IMG/VR virus record: IMGVR_UViG_3300037484_000445
Location: 64,001-128,000 of that record
DNA: 64,000 nt
Reading direction: 5' to 3' (one strand)
Source: a virus
Lineage: Duplodnaviria; Heunggongvirae; Uroviricota; Caudoviricetes
Shown: positions 37,240-46,500 of the stretch, in pieces
How the letters are laid out: each line of letters opens with the position of its first letter
Position numbering within the stretch: the first letter of the stretch is position 1
Program-made: the position numbers and the translations under genes
The notes under the pieces: model-generated
Seen by the model: only the letters and a program-made list of their open reading frames with translations
Database searches by the model: none
What the model was told of the DNA's origin: nothing

Positions 37240-38598
37240 ATGCCCTATGCCACTCAGCGCGATCGTGACCCTAGCATCCTAGAGGTGGAGCAGACGCCGT
37301 GGCCTGCTCCACCACTCTCATTGTTCTTGACTAGCGGGTACGTACCTGGGATTTTTGACCTAGTTTGGACAAATCCTTTGGATATGCGGTTGAACGCCCG
37401 CTTCCAAATCCTGGGCGTGAATCTCTATCGTTCGTTCGATTCCGAGTTCGGTCCTTATGACCGTGTGAATGAATTCCCAATAGGAACGACTTTTTGGCGA
37501 GACCAAACGGACAACGTAATGGTGCTCGATGAAGAGGTGACGGAAGACCGTTGGATCATTCAGGGCTACACGTCTGGATCTGAGTTGGAGGCACCGCGAT
37601 ACGTTTTTCGTACGGTGCATTGGCCTATCATTCAAGCTGGTTCTCAGAAGCTTCCCACGGCAAATCCCGACGACGTAGATGTCCGAATTGATGGACAACC
37701 TGCACGTATTGTGCGAATTCTTGGAGAGTCTGGCGAGATTGAGATCGATCCGAACGCCTATCCTGACGTAGCTACTCAAAGCAAGTATCCTGGCACTGTG
37801 CCTTCAACTACGTCTCAGGTGACTGTTAGCTATCGTTATACGCGGTCCTTCCTACGTACTGATCTCAGTCAGAGGGTTTTTTACCGGGTTACGGCCGTAG
37901 GTTATCTTGTAGACGCTAACGGTGGCATCGACTTGAACCAGTTGATGGAAACGCCTCTTGAGAGAGCCGCCTTCACCAGCAGCTATGAAATCGAGAAGAT
38001 CGACTACATATGGCGTGAAGCTGTCCGACGTAACCGTTGGATTCTCGACCAAGGTGGGGAACGAGTCAAGGTCTTCATCCGCAAGCGTGTAGGCATGACT
38101 TGCCCTTGCTACTCGACGACGACACACCATCAAGCTTTGGGTGATTGTATTTCTTGCTACGGTACGGGCATCATTGGCGGCTACGAGGGTCCATACGACA
38201 TCGTAATTGCTCCGGACGACTCCAACCGGAAGATAGCCTCGCAGGCTATGGGTGGCACCGTAGAACACACTTACGAGGTTTGGACGGGGCCTAGTCCTTT
38301 GTTAACCCAAAGGGACTTCTTCGTCAAAATCAACGGTGAACGCTACAGTGTTGGTGCTGTGAGGATGCCTACCAATCGCGGTATGGTTCTGCAGCAACAC
38401 TTCGATATAGGCCATCTCGATGAGAAGGACATACGGTACAAGGTCCCGGTAGATAGCTTGGTACACAGCTTGGCAAACCAAGCACAACTTTTGGTGCCCC
38501 CTCTCAATAGTCCAGCTCAGATTACGGACAAACCCAATATCCCAGATGAACGTGAGCTACGAGGCCGCAACATTGTTTGGGAAAACATCACCTACTAA
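37240..38598 (+). CDS. Probable head-closure/neck protein with FN3-like N-terminus and Cys cluster
   Basis: GGERVKVF.R...CPC...C..CYGTG..GGY followed by a beta-barrel region; neck position. Confidence 0.65.
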   Translation: MPYATQRDRDPSILEVEQTPWPAPPLSLFLTSGYVPGIFDLVWTNPLDMRLNARFQILGVNLYRSFDSEFGPYDRVNEFPIGTTFWRDQTDNVMVLDEEVTEDRWIIQGYTSGSELEAPRYVFRTVHWPIIQAGSQKLPTANPDDVDVRIDGQPARIVRILGESGEIEIDPNAYPDVATQSKYPGTVPSTTSQVTVSYRYTRSFLRTDLSQRVFYRVTAVGYLVDANGGIDLNQLMETPLERAAFTSSYEIEKIDYIWREAVRRNRWILDQGGERVKVFIRKRVGMTCPCYSTTTHHQALGDCISCYGTGIIGGYEGPYDIVIAPDDSNRKIASQAMGGTVEHTYEVWTGPSPLLTQRDFFVKINGERYSVGAVRMPTNRGMVLQQHFDIGHLDEKDIRYKVPVDSLVHSLANQAQLLVPPLNSPAQITDKPNIPDERELRGRNIVWENITY

Positions 38599-38599
38599 C

Positions 38600-39100
38600 A
38601 TGGTCTTCTTTCCCCGATTCCGTATCAACCTGAAGCCCCTAATCCCCGAGGGTATGGGTGATGTTGATGCTAAGAAAGTCCTGAAGGCCGTGCAGAAGGA
38701 GATCCTCAAGTCGCTTCAAGATGAGATCCAAGGTCAAGCCTTTTCCCACAGAGCTAAGGCGGCTTTAGCTAAGGGTATGACCACCAAGATGGGCCCCAAT
38801 AGCCTAACTGTCATTGCAACGCATCCAGCCTTTCTACCCCTTCTCGACGGGCAGAAGCGTCAGCAAATGACTTGGCTTACGAAGGCTAAGACACCCATAC
38901 CCATCATCTTGGACAACGGTGAATTGATCTTTCGAAACGCCACGCCACACTCTATGAATCGTGGGCGTTGGTATCACCCTGGGCGCCAGTCAACCACGGT
39001 TATCGAAAAGGCTCGTGACCACACGCGTGAGGTAATCAAGAAACGCTTAGCCAAAGAGCTTCAGCGTAGGCTCGGTAAGGCCATGCGGGGCGGAAGATGA
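38600..39100 (+). CDS. Probable neck/tail-completion protein (HK97 gp10-like)
   Basis: Basic protein with W.HPG near the C-terminus, following the head-closure gene. Confidence 0.55.
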   Translation: MVFFPRFRINLKPLIPEGMGDVDAKKVLKAVQKEILKSLQDEIQGQAFSHRAKAALAKGMTTKMGPNSLTVIATHPAFLPLLDGQKRQQMTWLTKAKTPIPIILDNGELIFRNATPHSMNRGRWYHPGRQSTTVIEKARDHTREVIKKRLAKELQRRLGKAMRGGR

Positions 39101-39684
39101 AGGGCGGTATGTTAGTCACCAAATCTTCTACGGGCTCGTTTCTCATTGAGGACATCAAGATCTGTGTTACTCATGGTGGTACGGGTACGTACATTTGTGC
39201 GGATGACGCCGTTAACTCTTCGGACCTTTACCGAGCCATCAACTCGGGTGTCCTAATGCTGTTGGTTGATTCTATGCCTCAGGTTCCTGTAAAGCCGGCC
39301 CAACAACCTGGATTCTCAAAAGAGGAGCTCCTACAGAACGAAAATCAGGAGCTTCGTGAGGCTCTAGCTCGCTCGACTCAACAGGGGGACTCCCTTCAGA
39401 CGAGTATGTCCTCGTTGCAGGACCAGCTAACCACTCTTTTGGCCGCCGTAGGGCGCATAGAGACGGCGCCTAAGGCCGTTCAGACCATAGTCGTAGCAGA
39501 AGGTCAGGCAAGGTCTGTCCAGGCTCAAGAGCCTTCTGAGAGGCTCCCTGTGTTCGTTCCCGATGATTTGATCCCTAAAGATGCGGAAGTACGGATCAAC
39601 TTCCACACAGAGACCGCTGAGGAAGACACGACTTCAGACACCGTTAGTAAACTGCGGGAGTTACGTCGAAGGAACAAGGGTTGA
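39097..39684 (+). CDS. Coiled-coil hypothetical protein
   Basis: Central heptad region LQNENQELREAL...LQDQL; basic C-terminal helix VSKLRELRRR. Confidence 0.65.
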   Translation: MKGGMLVTKSSTGSFLIEDIKICVTHGGTGTYICADDAVNSSDLYRAINSGVLMLLVDSMPQVPVKPAQQPGFSKEELLQNENQELREALARSTQQGDSLQTSMSSLQDQLTTLLAAVGRIETAPKAVQTIVVAEGQARSVQAQEPSERLPVFVPDDLIPKDAEVRINFHTETAEEDTTSDTVSKLRELRRRNKG

Positions 39685-39719
39685 TCTTTTGATGGCCCCT
39701 TGTTTCATGTGAGGTATTT

Positions 39720-40382
39720 ATGTCCGCGAATTCTAGTGAGAGCCAGAAGGTTGTTTGGTACGCCCCGACAGACTATGATGCCCTGAAGCACGGGCCTCCC
39801 TACTTGCCCCCATCGGGAGCAGTCAAGCTGAGCTCTGAGCAACGAGCGAGCATAAAGACCCATATCAAGCAAGCCGCCTTCTATGACGCTCCATCAATCA
39901 TGGACCCAGGAGCTTCGAGTTCAACACACCTGACCCAACTCTTAGGGCTTCTTCAAGCTTTGGCCATGTTGCATCAGGCACACCATTGGAACACTAAAGG
40001 TTCTGCCTACTACGCTGATCACTTGTTGTTCGAGCGATTGTACAACGATTCCGTCGGCTTTATCGATGGGTTAGCTGAAAAGGCTTTGGGCCTGAAAGAA
40101 ACTGTCACGGTCATAGCCGTGAATCAGGCTCAAATCATTCACGAGCTCTTAGCTTTTTTCGGTCAGGGTTCCAACCCCGATGAGATGGTGGCTATCAGTC
40201 TGAAGGCTGAGATGGTCTGTTTGAACTGCATAGCCAAGGTGCTGGACACCAAAGAGCTAGAGGGAACCCTTTCACACGGCCTTTCGAACATGTTGGAAGG
40301 GGTCGCAGATAAACATGAAGAGTTCGTTTACCTTTTGCAGCAACGTCACTCCGACCAGGTCTATAACTACGACCGTAGGTAG
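39720..40382 (+). CDS. Dps-family ferritin-like protein with N-terminal extension
   Basis: Exact Dps ferroxidase spacing H-x11-H-x14-D-x3-E (HWNTKGSAYYADH...D-GLA-E). Confidence 0.85.
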   Translation: MSANSSESQKVVWYAPTDYDALKHGPPYLPPSGAVKLSSEQRASIKTHIKQAAFYDAPSIMDPGASSSTHLTQLLGLLQALAMLHQAHHWNTKGSAYYADHLLFERLYNDSVGFIDGLAEKALGLKETVTVIAVNQAQIIHELLAFFGQGSNPDEMVAISLKAEMVCLNCIAKVLDTKELEGTLSHGLSNMLEGVADKHEEFVYLLQQRHSDQVYNYDRR

Positions 40383-40395
40383 AACGCGAGCGACA

Positions 40396-40782
40396 ATGTC
40401 CTCAGCCAAGCCCAAAAAGGCGACCAAGTCTCGACGTCGTGAGACTGACTTGGAACGCCTTTTCAGGCCATTGTTGGAGGGTGTTAGCCACAAGTTTCGA
40501 ACTAAGGCCACAGTACGTGGCCATTCAGTGGACTTTTTGTTTCAGGGTATCAAGCTTGCCGTTCAGATCTACGATGACTGTTGGCACGCCAATCCGGAAG
40601 TCTATGGTCCTGGGAAGATCCCTGTTACCAAGATTCAGCGAGATATACGTCAAAAAGACGTGAAAATCGACGATGCCTTACAGAAGGCCGGTTATCGAGT
40701 CGAGCACTTTTGGGAGCTGGACTTGAGGACTCGTTTATCTGACTGCAAGTGTAGAATCGACCAGATCATAGGAGAATGTAAA
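40396..40782 (+). mobile_element. Vsr/DUF559-like endonuclease domain fused in-frame to the actin gene
   Basis: E..F..LL...VDF...KLAVQIYDDCWH...KD......L.KAGYRV..FWE; no stop before the actin ATG. Confidence 0.7.
40735..40755 (+). promoter_or_regulatory. Putative late promoter TTAT-N15-GA inside the Vsr coding region, ahead of the actin start
   Basis: Exact motif followed by AGGAG and in-frame ATG 40783. Confidence 0.55.
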
Positions 40783-41784
40783 ATGGAAAACCAGAAGTTT
40801 GGGGTAGGTCTCGATATAGGTACGATGAACATCGTTTCGGCGAGGAAGCCCACGGGAACGCCGTCCTTCAATAACATTCGAGACGCCTTTTTGGACTTAG
40901 AACTCGATGCTAAGAGAAGCTTGAAGCTCTCTGACGTGAACTATGTCGAGCGTAATGGTTCTCTGGTCGTTGTAGGCGATGAGGCTCTTACGATGGCCAA
41001 CTTGTTCAAGCGAGAGGCTAGACGCCCCTTGTCCAAGGGTGTCGTTTCTTCGGGTGAGGTCGACGCCCAAGAAATTCTGAGCATTCTGATTCAGACAGCT
41101 CTAGGTAAGCCCTCTGTTGCAGGGGAGCACTGCTTCTTCAGCGTTCCTGCATCACCGTTAGATGACCCCACACAGGATGTGATTTATCACACAGAGGTGT
41201 TTCGCTCGATCATCGCTTCATTGGGATACACCCCACATCCGACGAATGAAGCCATGGCTATCATCTTCAGTGAATGCGAGAATGTCAAGTTTTCTGGGCT
41301 TAGCATCAGTTTTGGTTCGGGTATGGCCAATGTGGCGCTGGCCTACCAAGCCATGGAAGCCATGTCCTTCAGCTTGGCACGTGGCGGCGACTTCGTAGAC
41401 CAGCAGTCGGCTAAAGCTGTGGGTAAGACAGCTAGTCAGATGTGCTCGATCAAGGAACGAGGCGTGAACCTAGCGGCACCCGAAGGACGAGACCAACAAG
41501 CTATTGCCTTGTATCTCAAGTCTCTGATTAGCTACACACTTCAGAAAATCAGTGCCCAGTTTAGGGTGATGAAAAACTCCATTGATCTGCCTGAAGCCAT
41601 CCCCTTCATCATCTCGGGTGGCACGTCCAAAGCCGGAGGCTTTATGGATGTCTTCCAGGGGGAATTTGACAAGATTCGAAGTAGCTTTCCGATCAAGATC
41701 AGTGAGGTCCGTCAAGCTAAGGAACCACTTAGAGCAGTGGCTAATGGGCTCTTGGTCTTGGCTTTGGAGGAGCACGAAGGCTAA
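40783..41784 (+). CDS. Actin-like ATPase (volactin/MreB/MamK superfamily)
   Basis: Phosphate-1 GLDIGTMN, connect-1 NEAMA, phosphate-2 ISFGSGM, adenosine IISGGTS, connect-2 AVANG. AGGAG RBS at 40770-40774. Confidence 0.88.
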   Translation: MENQKFGVGLDIGTMNIVSARKPTGTPSFNNIRDAFLDLELDAKRSLKLSDVNYVERNGSLVVVGDEALTMANLFKREARRPLSKGVVSSGEVDAQEILSILIQTALGKPSVAGEHCFFSVPASPLDDPTQDVIYHTEVFRSIIASLGYTPHPTNEAMAIIFSECENVKFSGLSISFGSGMANVALAYQAMEAMSFSLARGGDFVDQQSAKAVGKTASQMCSIKERGVNLAAPEGRDQQAIALYLKSLISYTLQKISAQFRVMKNSIDLPEAIPFIISGGTSKAGGFMDVFQGEFDKIRSSFPIKISEVRQAKEPLRAVANGLLVLALEEHEG

Positions 41785-42957
41785 GTGTACTACTACCTCG
41801 TCCAGGCCCTAAAACGTCGGCTCATCCTTGAGTTGAAGGATAGCTTTGGTAAACACCCGATTTACCAGAAGATAACGCCTTTCATTCAAAACCGCTTCTC
41901 GTTTGAAGAGCGGCCTCAGTATGGCATCGTCGTCAAAGGGTCAAGCACCAGTAAGGTGGTACTTTCGGGGGACAACTTCGTAGGCAATCTTCAAAGCCAT
42001 GTGATGTTGGCTTATGTCGGTCAAGAGGTGAACCCTATTGAATGGGTACGTGAAGATCTTAAGGCTATAACCAAGAACAAGGGTATGCCTACTCTGCCGG
42101 GAGTCTACTACATTGAGATCTTGACGGCCCCAACGCTTCCTGGTGAGTCTGGTTATTTCATGGTTGACCCTCTACTCACGGTGAATGATGAGCCCGTTCT
42201 CATGTTTCAATCCGGTGTTGAACGTGAGGCTCAGCTACAACGGGCCCCGACGCCCAATACCCTAAGGCTATACGAAAATAGAAACTACCTTCTTCGTGAA
42301 GGTGTTGACTACACGGTAGATTATGGAACGGGTGCTATTTCCCTAATCACGACGTTCGGTGTTGGATCTACCTTGTCTGCTGACTATCGCTATCCTGGTG
42401 AATCCGTAGGACCTATAGAGTTTTTGTGGAACACAGCGGATCTGACTACTTTGCCAGGGGTTGTCATGGCTTTCGGTAAGAGAGCCGCCGATGGGCAAAA
42501 GGTAGCTGTGGTGGTTTATGGGGACCGTGTTGACGCAGCCCTTGTTTATGGCGGTAAGAACGAAGTGTCCTTCGACATGGACGTGATATCTCGAGATCCT
42601 ACACAGATGGAGGAGATCTCGGACTTAGTTCAGATGTACCTCTTGAAGCGAAAGTCGCTTTTGGAGTTCGAAGGTATTGAACTGCTCGATGTCTCAATGG
42701 GTGGTGAAGGTGAAGAACTCGCGGATGAGACCGGAGAAAACTTCTTCTACCAGGCTTCTATGTCCGTTCAACTTCGAGCGGATTGGGAATTCCACGTACC
42801 TTTGCCTCTGACGATAAGTAAAGCCACACCAGTTAGACCCCAAGGGGAGCTTGATCCAAATTCACAGTCGGGGATCATACAGGTTGCGGGAGACCTGTTC
42901 TTCCTGACCCATGATGCCGTCGAAAAACGTAGTGATGACTACGAGAGGATCGGCTAA
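41785..42957 (+). CDS. Probable tail terminator/completion protein with inserted Ig-like domain
   Basis: Upstream of the sheath; LREGVDYTVDY.TG.I insertion; terminator-like C-terminal beta region. Confidence 0.6.
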   Translation: MYYYLVQALKRRLILELKDSFGKHPIYQKITPFIQNRFSFEERPQYGIVVKGSSTSKVVLSGDNFVGNLQSHVMLAYVGQEVNPIEWVREDLKAITKNKGMPTLPGVYYIEILTAPTLPGESGYFMVDPLLTVNDEPVLMFQSGVEREAQLQRAPTPNTLRLYENRNYLLREGVDYTVDYGTGAISLITTFGVGSTLSADYRYPGESVGPIEFLWNTADLTTLPGVVMAFGKRAADGQKVAVVVYGDRVDAALVYGGKNEVSFDMDVISRDPTQMEEISDLVQMYLLKRKSLLEFEGIELLDVSMGGEGEELADETGENFFYQASMSVQLRADWEFHVPLPLTISKATPVRPQGELDPNSQSGIIQVAGDLFFLTHDAVEKRSDDYERIG

Positions 42958-43374
42958 ATGCCTAAATTTACATTCGAGTGCAAATGTGGCCTAAATTTCT
43001 CACGCACCTTGAAGATGGGGGATCACAAGACGTTTGAGTGTCCTTCTTGCCATGAGGAAGCCCCTCGAGTGTGGGAGAGCTTTGGATTTAGCTTCGCCCC
43101 CGGGGGTTCGGCGCCAGCTAACAGTGGGGTATCTAAGCACGATTACCCTAGTGCTGACCAAATTGTAGGGTCTGATGCCGACAAACGTTGGCAGATCTAT
43201 CAAGAACGAGAAAAAGTGAAGGGTACTGTCCGAAAAGTGGGGGGTAATAGGGCTTTGGTGCGAAAAAACGGCAAGGACTTCATCGAATACTCAGCTGGCA
43301 GCCAAAAGACCATTGAGACCCGTAAGGGCCTAGCGACCGAGCTGTCGAACATTCTGAAGCGTCCCCCTGCTTAA
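42958..43374 (+). CDS. FmdB-family zinc-ribbon protein
   Basis: MPKFTFECKCG..F...CPSC. Confidence 0.75.
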   Translation: MPKFTFECKCGLNFSRTLKMGDHKTFECPSCHEEAPRVWESFGFSFAPGGSAPANSGVSKHDYPSADQIVGSDADKRWQIYQEREKVKGTVRKVGGNRALVRKNGKDFIEYSAGSQKTIETRKGLATELSNILKRPPA

Positions 43375-43521
43375 CACCCAATAATTCCTTGTTGGGCACA
43401 GTCCTTGTGAGACCTGGGTTTCTACCCGGGCCAGATGCAGACCAAGATCAGATCCAAAGAGCCCTCGATATAGACCCAAATCGACAACGCCGGTTTATTG
43501 CCGGCACACAAGGAGTTCAGG

Positions 43522-46500
43522 ATGGCCGCAGGTCTTGGTCCGTTTACTACGTATGTACCCCCTGGTGTTTACACTCGGACTCTTTCCGAGGCCAATGCTG
43601 CCAACCTGGTAGCAGGGCTTAGAATCCCTGTCGTAATTGGTGTCGGTCAAGAAGAGCTAGAACAGGATGACCTTGAGTTAGTCCGCGGTTCCAGTGCCAA
43701 CCTCGACCAACAGATCGTCAATGAAGACGTCTCGGCTCGATTCGTTGTCGACTTCACCAACCCGAACAACCCTATCCTCGGCGCGGCCAATGGAACCGTA
43801 ACTCGTTTCCGGGTAAGAAACTTCCCGATCGTTGACGGCCAGGGATTCGGCCGTGTGACCAATAACGTTCGAAGCGTTTCGGTCACCATCAACGGCAGTC
43901 CAGTGGCTGTTGGTGCGGTTCAAGGCCAGGGCGGTTACGTCATTCTTCAGGTGCCCCCGCAAACGGGCGACAACGTTCGTGTCACCTACTACTTCCACCG
44001 CTCGGACACCGCTTTTACGGACGATGTTTCGGAGCAAGTAACCGCATCTCAGGCTGAATTGATCACTCCTGGGTATGCCCCATTCGTTGTTACGACGGGT
44101 GTGACGGATACCTTTACTCTGAACATCGACGGTACCGACACAACTCTTTCCTTCGCCGCGGGTAGCTACACGGCTTCAGGCCTCAAAACCCTCATCGACT
44201 CCAATCTGATCACTGGCTTGGCGACGGCAGTTTTCACGGACAACCAGGGCCTCGACCATATCAAGTTCATCTCGGCTCGTAGCTTGACGATTGGTACAGG
44301 CAACGCCAACGGCGCTCTAGGTTTTGCCGCTGGGACAACGACCACTCGTAATGCTAGTTTCCGTGTTTTTCAGCGTCCTATTGTGGACGGTACGGACGGT
44401 GGTATCACCACCACGGATACGACCAAGGTCGTGGTTACGGTCAACAGTGTTCAGGTGGTTGCCTCGTCTGTGGACGGTACCAACGGCATTGTCACCCTTC
44501 CCTACGCCCCGGCGGCGGGATCCACGGTCAGGATTCAGTACTTTGCCAACACCTGGCAAGACACGTTTGACTACCTGCCGAATACGCTGGTAACCAACGT
44601 CATTCGTTGTGGTTTTGCCACGGGACGTAGTGACTTCATTCAGGGTCAAGACTTCGTGGTTTCCAACCCAAGTCCGGATGTGTCGATCCTGCATTGGGGT
44701 GCCAGCTACGTAGCCGCCTCTGCACAGAGAACTGCTGGGGCAACGCTCTTCAATGACACTCAGATTCTTCCGACTCTCGTGGACAACAAGATGTTCATGG
44801 CGGCGGCGGATCGTGTCATTGACACGACGGTAGTTCCAGCATTGGTTTCTACCAACAAGTTCACGCTGCCTGAGGTCCCAACGACTGGTAACGGTCGAGA
44901 CACGCCCCTAGGTTCGGCGTTGTATAGCGAGGTAACCAACGGTCGTATTGGTCTCAACACCAACCGACCCGACCTGGTTTCGGTCTACACGGGTCGCAAT
45001 ATCTTGGATGCCCTTGGTAGGGCTCCTGCTGTCGTGACCGAGGTTGATGGTGCCACTCGGCAGATCACCCTCAAGAACGAGGTTCCTCCGGATCACCAAG
45101 CGTTCTGCACGTTCTACTACAACCGTCTGCAGGATGACACCTTCATCCTAACCAACCTTGTCTCGGGTCCTATCGGTACGGGTCAGTTCGAAGTCCTTAG
45201 TACGCTCACGGGCACGAATGTTCTCCAAGTTCGTTTTGGCACCAAGACGGGACTTCCAGAAACGATTCAGTGGCCGCGTGGGGTAGAGACGGTACCGGAT
45301 GCCTTCCACACAGGTGCTGGCACGCCAGTATCGGAGACGGTTACGGTTACTTTCGGACAGACCACGGCTCAAAACGCTGTGTTCACGAACGAGGGCGCCG
45401 CTCCGTACTCTTTCTACCAGACGACTTCGGATCAGTGGGGAACGACGGTCAACGGCAACCCTTATGTGACCAACCTGTTTAGCCCTGCTAACGGTTATTT
45501 GGTCTCGTCTCGGGTTGAGGTAGACGGCTCCAACCAAATCACAATCCCCGTTGCACCGAACAACGTCCTTTCGGTGGCTTTCGGTGGTGCAACTTCCGCT
45601 ACTGGTACGATCACGGTCGTAGCTGGATCGGCTCTTGTGGACACCGAAACCTTCACCCTAAATGACGGTGTGAATCCGGCAACGATCTTCGAGTTTGATA
45701 GTGGTGGTGGCGTAACGCCTGGTCACGTCGCGGTGGCTTACACAGCCTTGGACACCATAGCTACCGTTCGAACCTCTGTGATTGCAGCCATCAATGGTGT
45801 GCTTGGAACACTGCTCATTACAGCGGCTCCTTCGGCAACACCTGGTGTCATCAACCTGATCAATGATGGCGTGGGTGCCGCTGGCAACCAAGCTATCACC
45901 GAGACAGTCGCTGATGTTGGCTTCATCGTCACGGGTATGGCAGGTGGCGTTGGAACGCAGTCCAACATATCCATCACAGCCGGTGCTCGCACACCGGCTC
46001 AAATTGTGTCGGACATCAATACGGCTTTGGGCTCGCCCTTGGCTTCGTTCCGTCAGATCGGTGGTATCAACGGTCCGGTGTTCTTCCTCATTCAGACCAA
46101 CACCATTCCAGCGGTTCTGCCTGGTGGTTTTGATCACGCCTCAACGGTTTCAATCCGTCAAGGTACGGTCGAAAATGTCCTTGGTTTTAGTACGTTCCAG
46201 TCGGCTACGGGTACGCCAACGGCTACCAACAAGCCAGCTACGATCCTTGGAACTTTGGCAGGTCCGTTCATTATCACGACGGGTGTCAACGACCAGTTGA
46301 ACATTCGCCTAAATGGCATCGACTATACGGTAACCTTGCCGGCGGGTGTGGCAGTTACGGCAGCAGCTGTTGCTGCGGCTATCAATCTGGTGCCTGGTCT
46401 GGCGGGTGTGTCCTCGGTAGGTACGTTGGCGAACTTGAACAAGGTTCGCCTTACGAGTGGCCTTACGAACCCAAGCTCAAGCATCCGGATCTTGGCTGGT

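Noticed and set aside
43389-43622. 77-aa ORF across the sheath leader
   Set aside because: It overlaps the sheath start out of frame and has no RBS; the region is better explained as a promoter plus structured leader.
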